7,103 bases of DNA, taken from positions 1 through 7,103 of the forward strand of contig JBLWGC010000156.1 of NCBI GenBank assembly GCA_048772705.1, given 5' to 3'. Below are positions 1 through 6,923 of the stretch, piece by piece. Position 1 is the first letter of the stretch, and every line of letters starts with the position of its first letter. The notes beneath the pieces were generated by a model. It did not search any database. It was not told the DNA's origin and saw only the letters and a program-made list of their open reading frames with translations. This DNA comes from Leidyana gryllorum EB-2025a (taxonomy: Eukaryota; Protista; Apicomplexa). The translations under genes were made by a program, and so were the position numbers.

Positions 1-1008
1 CACTCAACGTACATATCAGCCTTAACATCCCGCTCGTACACTAACAATTCGAATACTCATACCTCTTAGCATATATACACTCTCTCAATGTTTTATAGCA
101 AACAACTGACCACCACCCTCTTACCACACCTCGAACTACATCACAATTGTCAATATACTCCTATTAACCTACCTATCATTAGCCAAATTCATGTCGTCCG
201 AATCAACACCCAAATATCATGCATAACTTGACCCCATACACATATTCTTACAAATTCCCATTCACTCCAATACATAATGCCCACGGTACGCATTGGACTC
301 ATGACATTCTTCTCAACACTCTCAATTCAACTTGAATCTCATTGATTCCCCTATATCTAGCATTACAAGCTTTTATACGTCTACAAATACTCCCTCAATC
401 AACGAGCCAATCGCTAACTCACTCTAGACCCCTCACAGCCTAACAGACAAACCATCTAAACCAATATCACTCACACATAACCTTCCAAGTTGCTCCACAT
501 TCACTTTAGCAAACTGAGCATACTACACATCACAGGACAGTTACCAAAATACATGCCATACACTCATACAATCATGCATATCCAGCTCATATAGTCTCAC
601 AAATCAATACATAACAAGCACGATACCTGTCAACATACTAAGCAACACAACTATATCGTCACAGTCTTTTATTAGCACAATACACACCACATCAGACCTT
701 ACTTGCGCACGCTACAGCAACCGCAACGTGTAGAGAATTGAAAGCTAAACATTCGCAAACACGCAAACACAGTACAATGCAGCGATAAACACACATAAAC
801 CACATAATCCAAAAGCAAACAGCACTCACAACAGCCATCGAAGCCGACCGAAACGCCGAACCAAAGGTTACAGGCAAACTAGTCGCCCCCCAACAGCCCT
901 GCTACCCCCTTTACCCAGCCCGCTGAAAGTTCGCCCCCTTCTCTGACACAGGTAAGTCCCCCTCCAAAGCCCTCCGAGCCCGAAGCCCCTGTGGAAGCGA
1001 CAACCACA

Positions 1009-1995
1009 ATGGTTGTGAGGGCTCCGACGCGGTCCTACCTCACCGAAGCCGCCTCGACAGCAAGCCCTCCGCTCTCCCAGCCGCTCGGGCTTGGACAGAG
1101 ACCACCCACCGTCTCGACGGCTACCACCGGCGCCTCCCAACTCCCCCCCCTTCTTCCCCCTGCGGCAGCTTCTCCCCCCTCATCCCTACTCAAAGACGAA
1201 CGGTTGGTTGAGGATATCATCCACAATCACACTGTTCCTCTTCGAACACCTCTCTCCCACCCACCGGGTCACCAAGCATACATGGAACCCATCCCCCTTC
1301 AAGGGAGCTCCGCTCGGGCTCGCTCTCAAGCCCTTGACGCACCCATTGCCACACATGGCGTGCCCATTTGGGGTGAACCCGCAGTTCAGCAGGCTAAGAG
1401 GCTCAAGGATCGACACAAGAGGAAGATTGAAGAGCTGAAGCAAGCGATGGAGGTGGAGATGTTCCACATACAGAACATCGACCGCCACCTCCAGTTCCAA
1501 ATGGAACTGCGAACCCTCCAATGGCGTCATCAACAAGCCATGTACAACCCATATATGGGCATCGGCAACTCCCACGAGCTCGCCCCATACACTGTGCTAC
1601 CGTCAGGAGTTCCTACCCCCTTTTACGGACCTCCTCAGCTGTATTACGGAGGTCCGAACCCTTTTTACCCCCCTACGTTGGCTACTGCTCCCCCTTCTCT
1701 CTCTCCCACTCTCACTGCGGCTGTTAGCAATCCACCACCGCAAGCAAGGGCAACACCCCGCGCTGGAATAAGGGTTACGACTCACGAACAGGGAGACAGA
1801 CAGCAAGTTTTTTCGAACCCAAGGATTCGATGGAAGCACGGACGCAAACGCCAGGGACTGGCTGGACGGATGCCACACCAAGTTCCTAGCCTGGGACATT
1901 CAGAACGACGAAGATCGAATCAGGGCGACCTGCGCACTACTGACCGGAACAGCAAGCCGCTGGTTCGCATCCAAACCACAGGTCCTGAGTTATAG
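1009..1995 (+). CDS. Pro/Ser/Thr-rich ORF with a central predicted coiled-coil; probable N-terminal part of element A gag (or an accessory ORF)
   Basis: The frame is open from 883 to TAG 1993-1995. The first ATG is at 1009 in good context (ACAATGG); the track's 991 start is GTG. A charged helical block (VQQAKRLKDRHKRKIEELKQAMEVEM) is followed by a Y/P-rich segment. The part after about 1813 overlaps the capsid-coding frame and is probably out-of-frame tail. Confidence 0.5.
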   Translation: MVVRAPTRSYLTEAASTASPPLSQPLGLGQRPPTVSTATTGASQLPPLLPPAAASPPSSLLKDERLVEDIIHNHTVPLRTPLSHPPGHQAYMEPIPLQGSSARARSQALDAPIATHGVPIWGEPAVQQAKRLKDRHKRKIEELKQAMEVEMFHIQNIDRHLQFQMELRTLQWRHQQAMYNPYMGIGNSHELAPYTVLPSGVPTPFYGPPQLYYGGPNPFYPPTLATAPPSLSPTLTAAVSNPPPQARATPRAGIRVTTHEQGDRQQVFSNPRIRWKHGRKRQGLAGRMPHQVPSLGHSERRRSNQGDLRTTDRNSKPLVRIQTTGPEL

Positions 1996-2653
1996 CTGGA
2001 CGAAGTTTAAACAGACATTCCTCGATGAATTTGGGCCACTTAGAGGAGAACACGATGACTTGTTGGAACTGGTACACCTCCGAAAGACCGGATCAATGAT
2101 GACGTACGTGAATAAGACGCGGCAACTGACGCGAGGAATCGACCGCGGGGTACGGCAATCCACACTGACCAGAATCTTTTATGACGGACTACCTGCGGAG
2201 GACAGAAGAATGCTTGGAGGCATCAACGGCCGATCACTGGACGAAATCTGCATAGCGGCACTAGAAGTGGAGGCAGTCGCGAAGGAAGCCGCAACGCAGA
2301 ACAGATCATATGCAATTGAAGGAAGGATAGACAGAGGGAACCGGAACACGGGGAAGAGATGCCAATACGACTTCAGCCGATGCATGGCAGAAGGCCGCTG
2401 CTTGAACTGCGGCGAGAAAGGACACATGGGGAGGGATTGCCCTCTGCCACGAGAGGACAAACCGAGTCAGAATGGGAACTACCCAGCAAGGAATAGGGCA
2501 CGCACCTACCTCACGGAGCAGGATTTTCAGGAACCCCCGTCGGACACGAGCGATGTAACGGAAGATCACATATCACCGACGGCCCGGAGGCCGGCCGGCA
2601 CAACACCCGGAGACGGAGACACCGATAGACACACACGCGTGTTACCTTTTTGA
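1772..2653 (+). CDS. gag: Element A Gag capsid plus CCHC nucleocapsid (extends well upstream of the track's 2060 start; codons after 2553 are read-through into LTR-B)
   Basis: I translated this frame by hand. It is open from 1772 (after TAA 1769-1771) and reads GFDGSTDANARDWLDGCHTKFLAW...LLTGTASRWF...SWTKFKQTFLDEF, a typical Ty3/Gypsy capsid pattern. The zinc knuckle CLNCGEKGHMGRDC (CX2CX4HX4C) is at 2399-2440. There is no in-frame ATG upstream of the capsid motifs. Confidence 0.85.
   Translation, partial: GLRLTNRETDSKFFRTQGFDGSTDANARDWLDGCHTKFLAWDIQNDEDRIRATCALLTGTASRWFASKPQVLSYSWTKFKQTFLDEFGPLRGEHDDLLELVHLRKTGSMMTYVNKTRQLTRGIDRGVRQSTLTRIFYDGLPAEDRRMLGGINGRSLDEICIAALEVEAVAKEAATQNRSYAIEGRIDRGNRNTGKRCQYDFSRCMAEGRCLNCGEKGHMGRDCPLPREDKPSQNGNYPARNRARTYLTEQDFQEPPSDTSDVTEDHISPTARRPAGTTPGDGDTDRHTRVLPF
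2521..2527 (+). promoter_or_regulatory. Putative -1 slippery heptamer G_GAU_UUU of element A
   Basis: CAG GAT TTT (EQDF) is in the gag frame after the zinc knuckle, with the same heptamer and phase as in element B (ESDF). The downstream region is cut 26 nt later by LTR-B. Confidence 0.6.
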
Positions 2654-2749
2654 CTTGCATGACCGATAAACCTATGGAGTACACAGGCTTAGAGCTACGT
2701 AGCGGAAAGACCCTCACCTCGCCCGGACCAGCCGATCCACCTGGTTACA
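2554..2749 (+). repeat. 5' LTR of element B (196 bp)
   Basis: It has 6-bp inverted termini TGTAAC...GTTACA and a PBS starting 1 nt after the end. It shares motifs with LTR-C: CGGAG(G/A)CCGGC, ACGGAGACAC, a T5 run and LRSGK codons. The partner 3' LTR is not in the window, so the 5' boundary rests on the terminus match and similar length to LTR-C. Confidence 0.8.
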
Positions 2750-3651
2750 CTGGTAGCAGTGCGATAGGAGCGGACAAGGAGCACACCTTGGAAGGAGCAA
2801 CAGAACCGAGCACGGATGGGCTCCTAGGACACCCAACGAAGGAGCTGAATGGAACAGGGGCTTCAACGAGCGACAGTATAGCAGCAGCAGACAGCTCATT
2901 GAGAATCATGGGCTGGATCCGAACCACCGCGCAGGTAGCAGGCGGATACGATGGCAAAGCGGACCCCAACTTGCATCTGGACACCCTGGAGAACACCTTC
3001 CGGAACGCAGGGCTGCCCAGACAGTATTGGACGGCGGTCGCATGCGGAACCTTCCGAGCCGGGGCATCGGCGTGGGCGAACAACGTTACGGAGAACATCC
3101 GAGGGATGGGCTGGGAAGATTTCCGGACGCTCGTCATCAACGAGTTCGAGTCAGACAAACGGGGCGGATTAGCCCGAATAGTGGCCCTGAAGCCCGAGAA
3201 TGGCAGACTGCGCGAGTACGCAATTGGTTTCCGCCAAGAGCGTCGGACTATCCGCAATATCCCAGAGGCGGACCTCGTGGAACTCTTCCTTTCCCGCCTA
3301 CCGCGAGCCGAACAACTGGCGATTCGAGGGAGAAACCCACGCACTGTGGCAGGGGCGGTCTCCTTAGTACTCATGTTATGCACCGATGAGCCGGCACCGT
3401 CAACCAGGGTATTAGCGGTTACCCGTCGTGGGGTGGGGGCTCAAAACCCTCACAATCGCGAATATTGCAGCAAAAATAACTTATGCTACATCTGTGGGCA
3501 GAGCGGACATCTCTCGGCAACATGCCCTAAACGGGGGGCCTTTCATAACAACCGTCAACAGGGCATGAAAAGACGTGCTTTCCCTACCATAACTGAAACA
3601 CCGATGGAAACAGATGAACGTCTACTAGAAGAGGACGAGTCGGATTTTTAG
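2659..3651 (+). CDS. gag: Element B Gag (capsid plus CCHC), initiating inside the LTR
   Basis: In-frame ATGs at 2659 and 2674 (the track's 2650 is TTG). ELRSGK at 2692-2709. Capsid pattern GYDGKADPNLHL...GASAW...WEDFRTLVINEF. Zinc knuckle CYICGQSGHLSATC at 3484-3525. Stop TAG at 3649-3651. Confidence 0.9.
   Translation: MTDKPMEYTGLELRSGKTLTSPGPADPPGYTGSSAIGADKEHTLEGATEPSTDGLLGHPTKELNGTGASTSDSIAAADSSLRIMGWIRTTAQVAGGYDGKADPNLHLDTLENTFRNAGLPRQYWTAVACGTFRAGASAWANNVTENIRGMGWEDFRTLVINEFESDKRGGLARIVALKPENGRLREYAIGFRQERRTIRNIPEADLVELFLSRLPRAEQLAIRGRNPRTVAGAVSLVLMLCTDEPAPSTRVLAVTRRGVGAQNPHNREYCSKNNLCYICGQSGHLSATCPKRGAFHNNRQQGMKRRAFPTITETPMETDERLLEEDESDF
2751..2761 (+). promoter_or_regulatory. Primer-binding site, initiator-Met tRNA type (TGGTAGCAGTG)
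   Basis: TGG is complementary to tRNA CCA and follows ...GTTACA-c directly. It matches the vertebrate tRNA-iMet complement TGGTAGCAGAG at 10 of 11 positions. Confidence 0.8.
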
Positions 3652-3673
3652 GGAGGGGCCCCGGAGGCCCCCC
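3642..3673 (+). promoter_or_regulatory. Programmed -1 ribosomal frameshift signal (gag to pol) with stimulatory hairpin
   Basis: G_GAU_UUU (3642-3648) directly precedes the gag UAG. After a 6-nt spacer comes stem GGGGCC (3655-3660), loop CCGGA, GGCCCC (3666-3671), extendable by 2 bp past a bulged A. The pol frame is -1 relative to gag and open from 3618. Confidence 0.85.
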
Positions 3674-6600
3674 GACAGCATGTTTCACCGCAATGACGGT
3701 GATCAACGGACAGCGCTCCGGCTGGACCGCGACAATGGATTGGACCATCACAAGCGTAGACACGGAGAGGCGGTGCGCAGTGGCAGCGCTCATTGATTCG
3801 GGATCAGAAGTGAACCTGATCACACCAATCGTAGCGGAGAAATTGGGATTGACCGTGCAGAAGTCACAGACCCAGACCATAGCGGGTATGGGTACAGCCA
3901 GGTGTGAAGGAGAGACAAAGGCGGGGATACTCACCAAGTACGGGCACTACGGCCCCATGACATTCCTCATAGTGGATAACAAGCATTTTGAAGCAATCAT
4001 TGGACTACCGGCGATCCATAGCATACCTCTCACACTGGGGACGGACGGAAAGGGACAAATAGTCATAGCGGAAGGGACGACATTGAACCTGCAACACACA
4101 TCAATGGTCTCAAAGCCAACAGCGGTAACCTTACAGAGCACGCGACCGAGAATCAACGGGGGAAACGAATGGATACTCACGGAATACAGCGATTTGTTCA
4201 AGGATCGACTACCATTTCCGCCGGACCGAAAATTTCATAATTTCCAAATCAGACTCCGTCCCGATGCAAAACCGTACGCAGCCAGACCATACAGCGGAAA
4301 AGGCGACATGGATGAGCTACGGAGGCAGGTACACGAGCTGCTTGCAGAAGGGAAAGTGGTGAAATCCAAATCAGAGTGGTCGGCTCCCTGTTTCCTCGTT
4401 CCCAAGGCGGATACCAAGATTCCCCGGATGGTTACAAACTACAGGGGACTGAATGAGCAAACCGTCAGCTACGATTTCCCCACCAGCACGACGGAGGAGA
4501 ACCTCTCGGTTTTGAGAGGCGCAAGAGTATTCTCGAAACTTGACTTGAAGTCGGGTTTCCATCAGATACGAATTGAGGAAGCCAGTCAGGAATACACATC
4601 GTTTGTCACCCCGTTTGGCAAATTCCAATATACGGTAATGCCATTCGGCTTACGGAATGCACCGTGTGCGTTCATAGCCTTGATGACAGAGGTTCTCGAC
4701 GGACTCATCGGACAGTTCGTGGTAGCGTATGTGGATGACCTTCTCGTGTATAGTGAAAGCTGGGAAGCACACCGCGGACACTTGGAACAAGTCTTCGGGC
4801 GACTTCGCCAACACACGCTATACCTCAATGCAGCCAAATCATGCTTCTACATGACCGAGGTCGAGTTCACAGGCCATAGGGTTACAACGGAGGGATTATT
4901 CCCAGCTCAGAGCAAAGTGGATTTCTTCAGTCAGCGCCCGCCACCGGATACGGTCAAGGAACTTAGCACTCTGATAGGGGCAATGTCGTACTATTCTCGC
5001 TTTATACCACTGTTTGCTGACAAGGTTCGGCTGTTTCACACGGAGATTGCAAAGAGCCAACGCCCGAAGGATACAATCACATGGACGGACGAACTGCTGC
5101 AGGCGTGGAAGGCTTTAACAGTGTGTTTCAAGGAGGAGCGGAAGTTGGGTCACATGGACAGGACGATACCCATCACCATAACTACCGACGCGTCGAACCA
5201 CGCCATTGGGGCGACAATGGAACAAGACCAAGCAGAAGGAAGGACACCGTTGGAATTCATGAGTGTGAAGCTCACTGCCGCACAAAAAGCCTGGCCAGTG
5301 CACGAGCGGGAGCTTTATGCCATCGAGAGAGCACTCAAGCGGTGGAAACATTTCCTTATAGGACGGTCATTCACTGTTTTAACTGATCACAAACCCTTGG
5401 CAACATTGGTGAAAGGAAAAAACGTGTCTGACAGAGTCATGCGCACATTGCTGAAGATATCTCAATTCCCTTGCCGCATCGACTACATCAAAGGGAACGA
5501 AAATCACCTCGCAGACTTATTGAGCAGGCCGCCGGAGCGGTTGTGCCACCTGGCCAGATACAACAGTGAACAGAGCGAGGTACTCTTACTCTTACAGAGA
5601 CTCAGCGGACCTATGCAACCCAAGGACGGGCAAGTGAAAGTGCACGGACTCGTATATGACGAAGCGGACCGGATTATAGTACCAGACAACGCAGAGCTGA
5701 AAAGACGGATACTTCAGGAATGCCACTCGTCACAAATAGGCGGACACATGGGCCCCGATAGGACCCTAAGGAGGATTCTGGCGATGTTTTACTGGACGAG
5801 CGTGGCGAAGGATACTAAAGAGTTCTGTAGATTGTGTGACACATGCCAGAAAGTCAAGGCCTCGAACCAGAAGGTGCTAGGACTTCTCAATCCTATTCCC
5901 CCACCGGAGGCCCCTTGGCAAGAAGTCAGTATTGACTTAGTCGCGTTACCGGAGGACCCAGGAACAGGCAACGATTGCCTCATGACCATCATTGATAGGT
6001 TCTCGCGAAAGATGACTTTGGTCCCATGCAAGAAACAGATCACAGCCAACGAAGCGGCCACGGTGCTCGTACAACACCTGGTAAGACCACATGGATGCCC
6101 TGAAACCATCATCTGCGGCCGAGATCCACGTTGGTGTTCAGAGGTATGGGAGGAGTTGTTGAGGAAGATGGGAACGAAACTGAAGCCAAGCACCGCATTC
6201 CATCCACAGACGAATGGAATGATAGAAAGAGGGCATCGAACAGCCATACAGATTCTCAAGGCTACATGCACAGACCTAGGGGACAACTGGACCCCTCTCA
6301 TACCAACAGTCGAAATGGCAATGAACTCTATGACCAACGAATCACTAGGTGTCTCACCACACGAAGCCGAGACGGGACAGACCTTCCGCACCCCCCTACT
6401 CACAGCCCTGCCACACCCGCCTCGAGTCGCGGAACCATTCCGAACAGAAACTGAGAGACTCCAAGAGATTAAAGACCGAATCACGCACGCACAACAGAGA
6501 CAGAAGGCAGCAGCGGACAAACACCGGAGAGAGGAACTACTTGCTGTGGGTGAATACGCCTTGCTATCCGCTAAAGAGCTGAAAGGACTCAAAAGGACGA

Positions 6601-6782
6601 AGCTCAGTCCAAACCGGATTGGACCATTCCAGGTTACCGCAGCGCTGCCAGGCGACGTATATGAGCTAGCGCTACCCAGGGACATACAAGTGCATAACAG
6701 ATTCCACATTAGTAGACTCCGACGATACCATGGAGACCCCCCCTGTAGTCCTTGCCTAAACTACCTGCAGATGGTCTGCTGA
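3642..6782 (+). CDS. pol: Element B Pol polyprotein: aspartic protease, reverse transcriptase, RNase H, integrase (first ATG 3693; native sequence ends at 6743, last 12 residues come from the LTR-C antisense strand)
   Basis: Protease ALIDSGS (Asp at 3795). RT LDLKSGFHQI, MPFGLRNAP and YVDD (4728-4739). RNase H TDAS, ERELYA, TDH and ADLLSR. Integrase HHCC (CHSSQIGGH...CDTC), SIDL, HPQTNGMIER, and GPF module IGPF...FHISRLRRY. Confidence 0.96.
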   Translation, partial: GFLGRGPGGPPTACFTAMTVINGQRSGWTATMDWTITSVDTERRCAVAALIDSGSEVNLITPIVAEKLGLTVQKSQTQTIAGMGTARCEGETKAGILTKYGHYGPMTFLIVDNKHFEAIIGLPAIHSIPLTLGTDGKGQIVIAEGTTLNLQHTSMVSKPTAVTLQSTRPRINGGNEWILTEYSDLFKDRLPFPPDRKFHNFQIRLRPDAKPYAARPYSGKGDMDELRRQVHELLAEGKVVKSKSEWSAPCFLVPKADTKIPRMVTNYRGLNEQTVSYDFPTSTTEENLSVLRGARVFSKLDLKSGFHQIRIEEASQEYTSFVTPFGKFQYTVMPFGLRNAPCAFIALMTEVLDGLIGQFVVAYVDDLLVYSESWEAHRGHLEQVFGRLRQHTLYLNAAKSCFYMTEVEFTGHRVTTEGLFPAQSKVDFFSQRPPPDTVKELSTLIGAMSYYSRFIPLFADKVRLFHTEIAKSQRPKDTITWTDELLQAWKALTVCFKEERKLGHMDRTIPITITTDASNHAIGATMEQDQAEGRTPLEFMSVKLTAAQKAWPVHERELYAIERALKRWKHFLIGRSFTVLTDHKPLATLVKGKNVSDRVMRTLLKISQFPCRIDYIKGNENHLADLLSRPPERLCHLARYNSEQSEVLLLLQRLSGPMQPKDGQVKVHGLVYDEADRIIVPDNAELKRRILQECHSSQIGGHMGPDRTLRRILAMFYWTSVAKDTKEFCRLCDTCQKVKASNQKVLGLLNPIPPPEAPWQEVSIDLVALPEDPGTGNDCLMTIIDRFSRKMTLVPCKKQITANEAATVLVQHLVRPHGCPETIICGRDPRWCSEVWEELLRKMGTKLKPSTAFHPQTNGMIERGHRTAIQILKATCTDLGDNWTPLIPTVEMAMNSMTNESLGVSPHEAETGQTFRTPLLTALPHPPRVAEPFRTETERLQEIKDRITHAQQRQKAAADKHRREELLAVGEYALLSAKELKGLKRTKLSPNRIGPFQVTAALPGDVYELALPRDIQVHNRFHISRLRRYHGDPPCSPCLNYLQMVC

Positions 6783-6923
6783 TCGCTTTGCCACTCCGTA
6801 AGTCCATTTCTGTTGCTTTTGTAGTGTTCTTGAAAACCGTTTGTTGTGTGTCCAAAAACCCGTGTCTGTGTCTCCGTGTCGGTCTTTTTGCCGGTCTCCG
6901 AGACACGCCCTATAACCCTTACA
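6744..6923 (-). repeat. 3' LTR of element C (180 bp, inverted relative to B)
   Basis: The minus strand reads TGTAAGGG...GGACTACA (TGTA...TACA termini). It starts immediately after a PPT, ends where B's integrase similarity stops, and shares motifs with LTR-B. Confidence 0.85.

Larger units (their letters stand above)
1009..2553 (+). mobile_element. Element A: 5' part of a Ty3/Gypsy retrotransposon interrupted by element B; 5' boundary not found
   Basis: Gag capsid, CCHC knuckle and an in-frame GGATTTT slip site, then an abrupt junction with LTR-B. No pol of its own and no convincing LTR/PBS in the window. Confidence 0.65.
2554..6743 (+). mobile_element. Element B: Ty3/Gypsy (chromovirus-like) LTR retrotransposon, 3' end interrupted by element C
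   Basis: LTR-PBS-gag-(-1 frameshift)-pol with PR-RT-RH-IN order, which is diagnostic of Ty3/Gypsy rather than Ty1/Copia. No + strand PPT or 3' LTR in the window. Confidence 0.9.

Noticed and set aside
729-872. Possible LTR of element A (TGTAG...GGTTACA)
   Set aside because: Only a 4-bp terminal match, no TGG PBS after it, no LRSGK frame and no second copy.
789-926. Upstream extension of ORF1 through a one-base indel in C6 (886-891)
   Set aside because: The upstream frame has no ATG after TAA 786-788 and no recognisable motif.
1769-1817. Resemblance to LTR-C (TAAGGGTTA, GGAGACAGAC, T-run) near the ORF1/gagA frame change
   Set aside because: No TG/CA termini or PBS, and too short to distinguish from chance.
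2745-3383. 212-aa antisense ORF and the other short overlapping track ORFs
   Set aside because: Shadow frames of gag and pol with no motifs.
6723-6730. Minus-strand TGGTATCG resembling a PBS beyond LTR-C
   Set aside because: It lies 13 nt from the LTR end and is simply the R-Y-H codons of B integrase; the PPT shows LTR-C is a 3' LTR.
3693-6782. Prokaryotic RT system (retron, DGR, group II intron) or CRISPR array
   Set aside because: PR-RT-RH-IN order, Gag, LTR, PBS, PPT and chromodomain are eukaryotic Ty3/Gypsy hallmarks, and no repeat-spacer array is present.
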